Assembly: GCA_963809485.1 (NCBI GenBank)
Contig: CAWEJX010000007.1
Location: forward strand, 704,001 to 768,000
DNA from: an uncultured Acidobacteriota bacterium
GTDB taxonomy: Bacteria; Acidobacteriota; UBA6911
DNA: 64,000 nucleotides
Direction: 5' to 3'
Shown: positions 51,392-61,069 of the stretch, piece after piece
Position numbering within the stretch: position 1 is the stretch's first letter
Layout of the letters: each line of letters opens with the position of its first letter
Made by a program: the position numbers and the translations under genes
Notes under the pieces: model-generated
What the model saw: only the letters and a program-made list of their open reading frames with translations
The model's database searches: none
Told to the model about the DNA's origin: nothing

Positions 51392-52501
51392 TTGCAATAT
51401 CGTAAATTCGGCAGGCTTGATTGGGAAGCATCTGCGCTGGGTCTGGGCTGCGGGATGCTTCCCGATGATGCCGGCGAATCGATCGCGCTGATACGTTGCG
51501 CCATCGACAGTGGCGTGAATTACCTGGATCTGGGGCATCCCTATGATCTCGGACGCCACCAACGCGCAGCCGTGGCTGTCGGCGCCGCGCTTGCGGACGG
51601 GTACCGCAAAAAAGTCAAAGTCGCCCTGACGCTGCCCGTCCATCTCATCCATTCGAAAGCGGACCTGGAGGCGGAATTCTCCCGGCAGCTCAGCCTGATG
51701 GGCGCCGAGCGGGTGGACTTCTGCCTGTTCGGGAGTCTGAACCGCGAGAACTGGCCCGTCCTGCGTGGGCTGGGCGCGCTGGAATGGATGGAAGCCGCCC
51801 TGAAGGACGGCAGGGCCGGCTATGCCGGCTTCGCCTTCCATGACCATTATCAGCCGCTCAAGAGCATCGTGGAATCCTGGGACCGATGGTCGCTTTGCCG
51901 GTTTCAGTTCAGCTACATGGATGTCGCCCACGATCCCGGCATCACCGGCATACGGTACGCGGCCCGGAAGGGACTCGCCGCGGTCGTGACGGAGCCCATG
52001 AAAGGGAGCCGGCTGGAACACCTGCCCGGGCCGGCTGCCGGCATGCTGGCCGGCGTGGAGAACCGCAGCCCCGCAGAATGGGCTCTGCGCTTTGTCTGGA
52101 ATTTCGGGGAAATATCGACCGTCGTCCTCGACGCGAATTCCGTTGCGGGGCTGAAGAAGGCTGTGGAGCTTGCCGGCCGTTGCGGGCCGGACAGCCTGAC
52201 GGTTCAGGAAGAGGTGCTGATCGGCAAAGTAAGGGATGCGCTCATGGCCCTGCGCGACATCCCGTGCCCCTCATGCCGGGCCTGCATGCCCTGTCCCGTG
52301 GAAATCGACGTGCCGCGCATATTCGAGCTGTACAACGACGCATTCATGTACGGCGACGTGGAGAGCGCGCGTCTTATTTACCAGGATGAAGGGCACCAGC
52401 CCGGCCTGTGCACGGAATGCGGCTACTGCGAAAAAAACTGCGCCAAACGCCTCCCCGTCCTCGACCTCCTCAAGAAAGCCGTCCGTATTTTGAAACGCTG
52501 A
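51392..52501 (+). CDS. Aldo/keto reductase family protein with C-terminal 4Fe-4S domain (divergent)
   Basis: YRKFGRLDWEASALGLGC, GVNYLD, GF.FHD, EPMKG, CPSCRACMPCP, CTECGYCEKNC. Ends VRILKR*, encoded by the repeat. Confidence 0.85.
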   Translation: MQYRKFGRLDWEASALGLGCGMLPDDAGESIALIRCAIDSGVNYLDLGHPYDLGRHQRAAVAVGAALADGYRKKVKVALTLPVHLIHSKADLEAEFSRQLSLMGAERVDFCLFGSLNRENWPVLRGLGALEWMEAALKDGRAGYAGFAFHDHYQPLKSIVESWDRWSLCRFQFSYMDVAHDPGITGIRYAARKGLAAVVTEPMKGSRLEHLPGPAAGMLAGVENRSPAEWALRFVWNFGEISTVVLDANSVAGLKKAVELAGRCGPDSLTVQEEVLIGKVRDALMALRDIPCPSCRACMPCPVEIDVPRIFELYNDAFMYGDVESARLIYQDEGHQPGLCTECGYCEKNCAKRLPVLDLLKKAVRILKR

Positions 52502-52622
52502 CGTACGCTGACATGACGCTGACGTACGCTGAAAAAATATATAAATTTTTTTCGGCGTGGGTCGGCGTCCGTTCAGCGTAAGTCAGCGTTCAAGACCGGC
52601 GTAACCCCTCCAACCGCTTTGA
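52482..52622. repeat. ~140-bp direct repeat of 51194-51334 (ACGCYGAC element plus MITE flanks)
   Basis: Near-identical to 51194-51334. Encodes the C-termini of both convergent genes. Confidence 0.92.
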
Positions 52623-54764
52623 CTTTCCACCAAATAGCGGTTCAGCCAGTCGAGGACTGTGCGGTAAAACAACTCCGCGTTGAGCGGCTTCAGCACCCAG
52701 TGCCCTTCGTCGGGGAAGGATAGGAGTTTTGATTCGACTCCGCGCCTCTGCAGGGCGGTGAACATGGCCAGGCCTTCCGAGATCGGGACCCTGTAATCGA
52801 GCTCGCCGTGCGTCACCAGCTGCGGTGTTTTGAAATTTTTGACGTATCGGCTGGGGGAGAGGGCATCGTGCAGCGGCTGGTTTTCGTAGGGCGGGCCGCC
52901 CATTTCCCACTCGGGGAACCACAGTTCTTCGGTGACGTAGTAGCTGCTGGACTGGTCGAAATCACCCGCATGCCCGACCAGCGCTTTGAACCGGTCCGTG
53001 TGCCCCTGGAACCAGTTGATCATGAAGCCGCCGAAGGAGGCTCCCGCGGCGCCCATCCTATTGCCGTCGACATAGGGAAGCTTCGCAACGTAATCCGCGG
53101 CCAGCATCAGGTCGCGGAAGCAGCGGCCGCCCCAGTCGCGGTTGATTTCGTCGATGAACTGCTGCCCGTAGCCCGTGGACCCGCGCGGATCGGGCATGAA
53201 GACGACGTAGCCCGCGGCGGCGTACATCTGCGGATTCCAGCGATAGCCCCAGTTGTCCCCCCACGAGCCCTGCGGCCCGCCGTGAACGAGCATGAGCGCA
53301 GGATATTTTTTAGACGGATCAAAGCGCGGCGGTTTGAGAATCCACATGTGGGCTTTGGGGATGTCGAGAGCCTTTTGCGCCGGCATCGCGGCCTCCAGCT
53401 GGACGGGGTCGATGAATCCCGCCACCGCGGCCGGATCGGTCTTCGGCCCGCCCGACGAGGGAGACGCGTCGTGCCAGTATTCCTCCGCGCGGTTCATGTC
53501 GAGTCCGGCCAGCAGAGCGTCGTTGTGGTGCGTCAGCGCCGTTGCCTGGGATCCGTCCGTTCGGACGGAATAAACTTCCGCGGGCTGATGCATCGACGAC
53601 CGGGTGAAGACCAGCGTTCGCCCGTCCGGCGTCACTCCGATGTCGCCGGAGGAGTTTTCGGCGTAGATGCGCCGGATCGCGCCTCCCGCAACCGGGACCT
53701 CAAATATCGGGGTGCGGCCGCGGTCTTCGGCCAGAAAATATATCCTGCTCGAATCCGGCGCCCAGGCGAAAGAGTCGACCCAGCGGTCGAGTGCATCCGT
53801 CAGGCTGCGGCGCCTTCCCGTGGAGCGGTCGTAGATCATCAGCCGCAGGCGGTCGCTCTCGTATCCGGGGCGGGCCTGGGCGCGGTAGGCGATGTAGCGA
53901 GCGTCGGGCGAATACAGGGGAGACCCGTCGTAAGCGGGGTTTTCGGTGATTTTTTTTGTTTCACCCGTGGCGGTTGACCGTAAACAGGTCCGAGTTTGTC
54001 GACCGGGCTTCGTCGCGGTCGTGCTTCGAGGCGTAGCAGACTTCCTTGCCGTCGGGCGAGAAGGCGTAGTCGTCGGGGCCGCCCAGGGAAAACGGGGGGA
54101 CGTCGTAATCGCCGGGCGTCAGGTCGCGCGGCGGCTGCGAGCCGTCCTTAGGGACGAGGAAAAGGTGGGACCGCCGGCCGTCGCTCCAGCTGCTCCAGTG
54201 GCGGAACAGCAGGCGGGTGGCGACGTGCGCCTTGACCCTGGCGTTGTCGGCCGCACTCTTCCGGCCGGCGTTGCACTCCATCGCCTTTTGCCCATCGGCG
54301 TCCGAGCATTCCGGGTAAACGTCCGACGTGAAGAGCAGGTGCTTCCCGTCGGGGCTGTAGAGCACGCCGCCGGCTTCCGTCGCGACGGATGTGACCTGGA
54401 CCGCCTCGCCTCCCTCGAGAGGCAGGATGTAGACCTGGGCCCCGTCCCTCGCGGAGACAAATGCAATTTCCCTGCTGTCCGGCGACCAGCGCGGGCGCGC
54501 GTCGCTCTGTGCGGAGCGGGTGAGGCGGCGCGCCTCCCCGCCTGAAACGGGCAGGAGCCAGATGTCGGTGTTGCTGCGGTTCTTCTCTTTGTCGACCGCG
54601 GTGACCGTGTAGGCGATCCATTTGCCGTCCGGCGAGATCTGCGGGTCGCCGACGCGCTGCATCTTCATTAAATCATCGAACCCGAGCGGCCGCTTTTCCG
54701 CGGCATCCAGGCAGATGCCCATGCTCAGGACAGTGGCGAGCAGGGCGTGAACGAAATGACGCAT
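52583..54764 (-). CDS. S9 family peptidase (dipeptidyl/acylaminoacyl peptidase) with beta-propeller, one apparent frameshift near 53950-53975
   Basis: Signal peptide, PQISPDGK, PRWSPD, VHGGPQG, GASFGG (nucleophile), HGELDYRV, FPDEGHW. Confidence 0.9.
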
Positions 54765-54801
54765 GTTGCCTCCATAATTATGGGCGACTATTCTATCACT
54801 A

Positions 54802-54899
54802 TAACGCTGACGTACGCCGAAGGACGCTGATGAACGCTGAAAAAATATATATATAAATTGTTTCGGCGTGTGTCAGCGTTTTGTCAGCGTAAGTCAGCG
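54802..54899. repeat. ACGCYGAC palindromic element (full)
   Basis: Four units per arm, in a divergent intergenic region. Confidence 0.9.
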
Positions 54900-54983
54900 G
54901 ATAAATTCATGAATGGGCTTTCGCCGGGATTGGTGTAATAATGCTTCGTTTTTGCGCGTTCTGTTGATGCCGAAGGTTGAACG

Positions 54984-57900
54984 ATGAATATATCTGCGAT
55001 TTTTATCAAACGCCCCGTCATGACCACGCTGGTGATGCTCGGGATTGTAATTTTCGGGATTGTCGGCTACCGCACTCTTCCGGTCAGCGATCTTCCCAAC
55101 GTGGATTTTCCGACCATACAGGTGAGCGCCGGCCTCCCCGGCGCCAGCCCCGAGCTGATGGCGGCCTCGGTGGCGACCCCGCTCGAGAAGCAGTTCTCCA
55201 CTATTTCGGGCGTCGATTCCATGACCTCCTCCAGCTCTCTCGGCCAGACCAGCATCACCCTTCAATTTTCGCTGGACCGCGATCTCGACGCGGCCGCCCA
55301 GGACGTTCAGATCGCAATTGCCTCTGCGCAGCGTCTGCTGCCGCCGGGCATGCCGACTCCGCCCAACTTCCGCAAGGTCAACCCGGCCGACCAGCCCATC
55401 CTGATTTTGTCGCTGAATTCGCCGACCCTGCCGCTGTCCACGCTCGACAGCTACGCCGAAAACATGATCGCGCAGCGCATCTCGATGATATCCGGCGTGG
55501 CGCTGGTCAATGTCTGGGGCTCGACCAAATATGCCGTGCGGGCTCAGGTCGATCCGAACCTCCTGGCCGCCCGGGGAATTGCCCTGAGCGAAATCGAGGC
55601 GGCCATCGATCAGCACAACGTCAACATGCCGAGCGGCACGCTCTGGGGGGCGCGGCAGGCCTACACGGTCAAGTCGACGGGGCAACTCACGGACGCGGAG
55701 CAGTACGGCAACATTGTGGTTACCTATCGCAACGGCTCGCCTGTTCGCCTGCGCGAGCTGGGGCGCGTCATCGACAGCATACAGAACGACAAGACCGCGG
55801 CGTGGTTCAACAACGGCGGGTCGGATATCCGCTCCATCATTCTTGCGGTCCAGAAACAGCCGGGCACCAACACGGTGCAGGTCGTCGACTCCATCAAGGA
55901 CCAGCTGCGCACTCTCCGCGAGCTGCTTCCGCCCTCGGTGAACCTGGGCCTCCTGATCGACCGCTCCCAAACCATCCGCGAATCGGTGAATGACGTGAAA
56001 TTCACCCTGTTGCTGACGGTCATGCTGGTGGTCCTGGTCATCTTCATTTTTCTGCGCAATGTCTCGGCCACCATCATTCCCAGCCTGGCGTTGCCCATGT
56101 CGATCGTCGGCACGTTTGCGGCCATGTCTCTGCTCGGCTACACGATGGATAACCTCTCGCTCATGGCGCTCACGCTTTCCGTGGCCTTCGTCGTGGACGA
56201 CGCCATCGTCATGCTCGAAAACATCGTCCGCCACATGGAAATGGGGCAGTCGCGCATGGAGGCGGCGTTCACCGGCGCGAAGGAAATCGGTTTTACCATT
56301 CTGTCCATGACCATCTCGCTGACCGCAGTGTTCATTCCCGTGCTGTTCATGGGCGGGATCATGGGCCGGCTGTTTCACGAATTCGCCGTGGTGATCATGG
56401 TCGCCATCCTGATATCGGGCGTGGTGGCCCTGAGCCTCACGCCGATGCTCTCGAGCCGCATGCTGAATCCGCAGACGGAGGATCCGCACACTTTCTACCG
56501 CGTGACGGAAAAAGGCTTCCAGGCGGCGCGCAATTTCTACGGCTGGACTTTGAGGGGAGTGCTGCGTCACCGGTTTATCACGCTCCTGTTCGCCTTCGGC
56601 ACCCTGGCCGCCACGGTCTATCTGTACGGCTTTGTGCCCAAGGGCTTCGTCCCCAGCCAGGATCAGGGCATGCTCTCAGGCTCAACGGAAGGGCCGCAGG
56701 ATGTTTCCTTCGAGGCGATGGCCCAAATGCAGCAGCAAATGAACAAGGTGCTCCGTTCCAGTCCCCACATCGACGCCTTTATGTCCTTTGCTCAGGGCGG
56801 CAATGCCGGCCGCTTCATGATCCGGCTGAAACCGCGGAGCGAGCGCAAACTGACTCCCGAAGAAATCATTGAGACCCTTCGGCCAAAACTGAACGCCCTC
56901 CCGTCGATCCGGACCTATCTGCAGAACCCTCCCCTGATACGGATTGGCGGCATGCAGACCCGGAGCCAGTATCAGTTCACGCTGCAAAGCCCCGATCTCG
57001 AGCAGCTGTACCGTGTGGGGGCGGATTTCCAAACTCGCATGCGGGACATCCCCGAGCTGGTGGATGTGACCAGCGATCTCCAGCTCAACAATCCCGAGGT
57101 AACGGTCAGGATCGACCGCGATATGGCCTCCTCTTTGAATGTCGCGCCGGACCTGATCGAAAGCACTCTTTTCGCCGCCTACGGGTCCAAACAGGTCTCC
57201 ATGATCTATACCTCCACCGACAACTATTACGTCATCCTGGAGGTGTTGCCCCAGTTTCAGCGCGACCCCAATGCGCTGAGCCTGCTTTACGTGAAATCGC
57301 GGGCAGGGAAGCTGGTGCCACTGAGCCAGCTCGCCAGCCTGGAAACCGGCATTGGGCCCCTGTCGGTGGCCCATTACGGCCAGTTCCCGGCTGTGACCCT
57401 GTCTTTCAACATGCAGCCCGGCGTTTCGCTCGGGCAGGCGGTCGAGTCCATTCAGGAAGTGGCGCGCACCAGCCTGCCGGCCGGAATCACGACCATGTTC
57501 CAGGGCATGGCCGCTGCCTACGAGGCGTCATTGAAAGGCATGGGCATGCTGCTGATCCTGGCGATTCTCGTGATTTACATGGTCCTGGGAATTCTCTACG
57601 AGAGCTTCATCCATCCCATCACGATTCTTTCCGGATTGCCCTCGGCCGGCCTCGGGGCTCTGGCTACGCTCCTCGTGTTCCGGCAGGAGCTGAATATTTA
57701 TTCCTTTGTGGGCATCATCATGCTGGTTGGGATCGTGAAAAAGAACGGGATCATGATGATCGATTTTGCGATCGAGGCCCAGCGGACGCAGGGCCTTTCT
57801 CCGGCGGACGCCATCCACCAGGCCTGCCTGGTGCGCTTCCGCCCCATCATGATGACGACGATGGCGGCGCTGGTGGGGACTCTGCCGATCGCCCTCGGGA

Positions 57901-58046
57901 TGGGAGCCGGGTCGGAGGCGCGCCGGCCGCTCGGCCTGGCGGTGGAAGGCGGGCTGCTGGTTTCCCAGCTGCTCACGTTATACATTACGCCGGTGATTTA
58001 TGTTTACCTGGAGAAAGCGCGCCATCTTGTGCATAGGGAACGCTGA
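54984..58046 (+). CDS. RND efflux transporter permease (MdtB/MdtC-like)
   Basis: FIKRPV, PNVDFPTIQV, VVDDAIVMLEN, VFIP, LTPML, GIVKKNGIMMIDFA, RFRPIMMTT. Ends HRER* in a GAACGCTGA unit. Confidence 0.95.
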   Translation: MNISAIFIKRPVMTTLVMLGIVIFGIVGYRTLPVSDLPNVDFPTIQVSAGLPGASPELMAASVATPLEKQFSTISGVDSMTSSSSLGQTSITLQFSLDRDLDAAAQDVQIAIASAQRLLPPGMPTPPNFRKVNPADQPILILSLNSPTLPLSTLDSYAENMIAQRISMISGVALVNVWGSTKYAVRAQVDPNLLAARGIALSEIEAAIDQHNVNMPSGTLWGARQAYTVKSTGQLTDAEQYGNIVVTYRNGSPVRLRELGRVIDSIQNDKTAAWFNNGGSDIRSIILAVQKQPGTNTVQVVDSIKDQLRTLRELLPPSVNLGLLIDRSQTIRESVNDVKFTLLLTVMLVVLVIFIFLRNVSATIIPSLALPMSIVGTFAAMSLLGYTMDNLSLMALTLSVAFVVDDAIVMLENIVRHMEMGQSRMEAAFTGAKEIGFTILSMTISLTAVFIPVLFMGGIMGRLFHEFAVVIMVAILISGVVALSLTPMLSSRMLNPQTEDPHTFYRVTEKGFQAARNFYGWTLRGVLRHRFITLLFAFGTLAATVYLYGFVPKGFVPSQDQGMLSGSTEGPQDVSFEAMAQMQQQMNKVLRSSPHIDAFMSFAQGGNAGRFMIRLKPRSERKLTPEEIIETLRPKLNALPSIRTYLQNPPLIRIGGMQTRSQYQFTLQSPDLEQLYRVGADFQTRMRDIPELVDVTSDLQLNNPEVTVRIDRDMASSLNVAPDLIESTLFAAYGSKQVSMIYTSTDNYYVILEVLPQFQRDPNALSLLYVKSRAGKLVPLSQLASLETGIGPLSVAHYGQFPAVTLSFNMQPGVSLGQAVESIQEVARTSLPAGITTMFQGMAAAYEASLKGMGMLLILAILVIYMVLGILYESFIHPITILSGLPSAGLGALATLLVFRQELNIYSFVGIIMLVGIVKKNGIMMIDFAIEAQRTQGLSPADAIHQACLVRFRPIMMTTMAALVGTLPIALGMGAGSEARRPLGLAVEGGLLVSQLLTLYITPVIYVYLEKARHLVHRER

Positions 58047-58053
58047 CGTACGA

Positions 58054-58180
58054 GTGAGGGACGGCTCCCCGGAGACCGTCCTGTAAGAAGAAGAATCGTG
58101 AGGACGGCTCTCCAGAGCCGTCCGATGGGGGAATATCAAGCAATAGCTTAATCGGACGGGTCTGGAGACCCGTCCTCACG
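58054..58180. repeat. REP-like cluster (GTGAGGACGG.TCTCCAGA.CCGTCC), three units including one inverted doublet
   Basis: Units at 58054-58082, 58097-58126 and inverted 58151-58180. The last two differ by a compensatory C-G/G-C swap in the stem. Confidence 0.85.
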
Positions 58181-58187
58181 AAAATAG

Positions 58188-59450
58188 ATGGATGCTGGGA
58201 GGGGAATTATGTTGAGGGCCGGCAATAAGTGCGGATTGGCCCGTCATTTTACCTGGGCTATTTTGCTGTGTATCTCATTCTCTCTGGCGGCGCAGGGATG
58301 CAGGGGCCGTTCTGAATCGCAGGAGACTCCGTCCAAAGGAGGGATGCGCGGCGGTGCGGTTACGGTTGTTGCCGCCATAGCCGTCCAGAAAGACGTGCCG
58401 ATCAACATCCAGGCTGTCGGCCGCATCGAGAGCTCTGCCACGGTCACCCTGAAATCCCAGATGAGCGGGGAACTGATGCAGGTGCTTTTCCGCGAAGGAG
58501 ATTTTGTCAAACAGGGGCAGGAGCTTTTCAGGGTCGATTCGCGCACCTACGAGGCGCAACTGACCCAGGCGCAGGCCAACCTGTCGAAGGATGAAGCCGC
58601 ACTCGCCCAGATGGAGGCGAACCTGGCGCGCGATCTTGCCCAGCAGAAATACGCGGAATCGCAGGCCGCACGCGACCGCAGCCTCCTGGGGAAAAATCTC
58701 GTTTCGAAGGAGCAGGCGGAGCAGTCGGCCGCCAGCGCGGAAGCGGCTGCCGCGACGGTCCGGGCCGACCAGGCGGCGGTCCTGAGCGCCCGCGCCTCGA
58801 TCGAAGCCACTAAAGCCGAGATCGCCAACGCCCGCATCCTGCTCGGCTACGCCAGCATCCGCTCGCCCATCAGCGGCCGGACCGGGAGCCTCCTCATCCA
58901 GCAGGGCAACCTGGTCGGCCCCAACACGGAGCTCATGACCATAAACCAGATCGAGCCGGTTTACGCCGCCTTCTCCGTGCCCGAAAATCAGCTGCCTTCC
59001 GTGAAGAAGGGGCAGGCCGTATCGATTTCGAAAGACGCGGGCCCGTCAACGTTTGAGGACGGCAAGCTTTTCTTTATCGATAACGCCGTGGATGAATCGA
59101 CGGGAACCATCCTCGTCAAAGCCGCCTTTGCAAACCGCAGCCACCAGCTTTGGCCGGGCGAGTTTGTCCGCGTGGTCCTGAGGCTTGGAACCCGGGCGGG
59201 CGCTCTGGTAGTGCCCGGCCAGGCCGTGCAGGCGGGCCAGGAAGGATCGTTCGTGTTCGTCGTGAAGCCGGACCAGACCGTCGAATCGCGCCCCGTCGTC
59301 CCCGGGATGCACGTCGATGGGCAAATTGTGATAGAAAAAGGCCTGGAACCCGGCGAAACGGTTGTCACCGAAGGCCAGCTCCGTCTCACGGCCGGCAGCA
59401 AGGTTCAGGTAACGCTGACAAACGCCGACAAAAACGCTGACGTACGCTGA
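58188..59450 (+). CDS. RND efflux periplasmic adaptor subunit (MdtA-like)
   Basis: F.EGDFVKQGQELF, IRSPISGRTG, IDNAVDESTGTI, LWPGEFV, GLEPGETVVTEGQ. Tail TLTNADKNADVR* comes from a repeat arm. Confidence 0.93.
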   Translation: MDAGRGIMLRAGNKCGLARHFTWAILLCISFSLAAQGCRGRSESQETPSKGGMRGGAVTVVAAIAVQKDVPINIQAVGRIESSATVTLKSQMSGELMQVLFREGDFVKQGQELFRVDSRTYEAQLTQAQANLSKDEAALAQMEANLARDLAQQKYAESQAARDRSLLGKNLVSKEQAEQSAASAEAAAATVRADQAAVLSARASIEATKAEIANARILLGYASIRSPISGRTGSLLIQQGNLVGPNTELMTINQIEPVYAAFSVPENQLPSVKKGQAVSISKDAGPSTFEDGKLFFIDNAVDESTGTILVKAAFANRSHQLWPGEFVRVVLRLGTRAGALVVPGQAVQAGQEGSFVFVVKPDQTVESRPVVPGMHVDGQIVIEKGLEPGETVVTEGQLRLTAGSKVQVTLTNADKNADVR

Positions 59451-59532
59451 TATTTTTAGTAACGCCGACTTACGCTGACAAAACCGCGGACGAACGCCGA
59501 CAGATAGGATACGGGTCAGCGTATATCGGCGG
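59410..59532. repeat. ACGCYGAC element (two tandem left arms plus degenerate right arm)
   Basis: TAACGCTGACAAACGCCGAC.. at 59410, TAACGCCGACTTACGCTGAC.. at 59460, GTCAGCGTATATCGGCG at about 59515. Confidence 0.85.
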
Positions 59533-59570
59533 CTAAGATTGCTGGAGCTTAAAAAAGCACTGTGGATGTT

Positions 59571-59807
59571 TCATAATTGATGGGTGCGGCCAAGGTCGGC
59601 TTCATCCCATTCCCGCAGCAAGGACTGTTCTTCCGGATTCGCTGCCAGGAATTCCTCATAGGATACCGCCGCCCGTGAGAGCCTTCGCCGGGCCAGGTCC
59701 TTTCGCAGGACATCCCGGATATACGCGGAAATACTCATAGCTTCCGGCTTCACCGCCTCCAACTCATTGAGCAGTTCCCCTTCTATCTTTACAGTAGTAG
59801 CCTTCAT
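59571..59807 (-). CDS. Ribbon-helix-helix antitoxin-like small protein
   Basis: MKATTVKIEGELL.EL....MSISAYIRDVLR (RHH pattern), acidic tail with EW. No toxin follows. Confidence 0.6.
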   Translation of the reverse strand: MKATTVKIEGELLNELEAVKPEAMSISAYIRDVLRKDLARRRLSRAAVSYEEFLAANPEEQSLLREWDEADLGRTHQL

Positions 59808-59840
59808 TCCAATATTCTACTTTATCCGCAGTATGAACTC

Positions 59841-59930
59841 AACCTTCCACGTTCCACGTTCCACGTTCAAACGTTCAAACGTTCAAAACGTTCAACGTTC
59901 AAACGTTCGAACGTTCCAGGTTCCACGTTT
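59841..59930. repeat. AACGTT-core heptamer array
   Basis: (GTTCCAC/GTTCAAAC)n, about 12 units. Confidence 0.85.
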
Positions 59931-59965
59931 CAGTTTGAACAGGTATAATCAGTCCGGGGTAACTG

Positions 59966-61069
59966 GTGAAACGGAAACTGCTGCTTGCGCTCTGTGTGCT
60001 GATCGTCATAGGATATTTGATTGTCGGCCTGTGGCCCTTCGAGTTCAATCCCGACAACCGGGTGGCGTGGTCCTTAGACGGCCAGGGGATCGCCCTGAGC
60101 CATCCGTCGATCCTGTACAGTGAGAAGCCTGTCGATTTGAGAAACAGCGGGGGAAACGTCAGCGTCGAAGTGTGTCTGCAGCCGGCAGAGGAGCCCGCCT
60201 GGGGATTCACCAAAATCCTGTCCCTGTCCGAAGAAAGTGTGCGCAGGAACCTGTTTGTGGCGCAGCGGGAAAAAAATCTTTGGCTGCAGCTTCCGATATG
60301 GGACAAAGGCAGATGGAATGCCTACGACCAGGTATGGGTCAAGGGAGTGCTGCAGCGGGGCGTGCGGCGCTTTGTGGCGGTGACTGCCGGAACCGAGGGA
60401 ACGGATTTTTACGTGGATGGAGTGCTGGCGCGGAGCTATCCGAAACTGAAGCCGAGGCCCAATGTGCTGCGCGGCTATGTGGTGCTGGGGGGAATCGGGA
60501 GCGGGAACCGAAACTGGGAAGGGCGGCTGTACGGCGCCGCGATATTCGACCGGACGCTTTCGGCGTCGGACATCGCGCGCCACTACAGCCTGTGGAGCGG
60601 CGCTGAACGGCGGAAAATTGCGGAAGAGGACGGACTATCGGCGCTTTATTTTTTTGATGAAAAAGGCGGGAGCGTCGTCCGGGACCACGGACCGGCGGGT
60701 GCGACGATGCGGATCGGCGCCAAGTACCAACTGCGGGACCGCAGCGTGTTTCCGGCGTTTTGGAGGGGCGGGTACAGCCGCGTCGACATCGCCATCAACC
60801 TGCTCGGTTTCGTCCCGTTCGGCTTGTGCTATTTCCTATACAGGAAGCGGACACATCCGGGGCGGCTTTGGGGCAATATTTTCGTAACGCTCATTATTGC
60901 CGCGGCCGTCAGCGCCACGATCGAAACGCTCCAAATCTGGCTTCCGGTCCGATCCCCGTCCTACCTGGATCTCATCTGCAACATTTCGGGGGCTGCGGCA
61001 GGGTTGATTTTAACGCTGACGTACGCTGACAGAACGCCGACCCACGCTGAAAAACAAAAAATATACTGA
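59966..61069 (+). CDS. Membrane protein with LamG/ConA-like domain and C-terminal VanZ-like domain
   Basis: GLWPFEF; FVAVT..FYVDG..W.G.L..AIFDRTLS (LamG-like); DIAINLLGFVPFG..IETLQ.WLP.R..S..D...N..G (VanZ). Tail [19 protein letters not shown] comes from a repeat arm. Confidence 0.75.
   Translation: MKRKLLLALCVLIVIGYLIVGLWPFEFNPDNRVAWSLDGQGIALSHPSILYSEKPVDLRNSGGNVSVEVCLQPAEEPAWGFTKILSLSEESVRRNLFVAQREKNLWLQLPIWDKGRWNAYDQVWVKGVLQRGVRRFVAVTAGTEGTDFYVDGVLARSYPKLKPRPNVLRGYVVLGGIGSGNRNWEGRLYGAAIFDRTLSASDIARHYSLWSGAERRKIAEEDGLSALYFFDEKGGSVVRDHGPAGATMRIGAKYQLRDRSVFPAFWRGGYSRVDIAINLLGFVPFGLCYFLYRKRTHPGRLWGNIFVTLIIAAAVSATIETLQIWLPVRSPSYLDLICNISGAAAGLILTLTYADRTPTHAEKQKIY

Noticed and set aside
53945-53975. 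Programmed frameshift or phase variation at the T-run in the S9 peptidase
   Set aside because: A homopolymer or indel error is more likely given the many other indels in this assembly. It cannot be resolved without reads.
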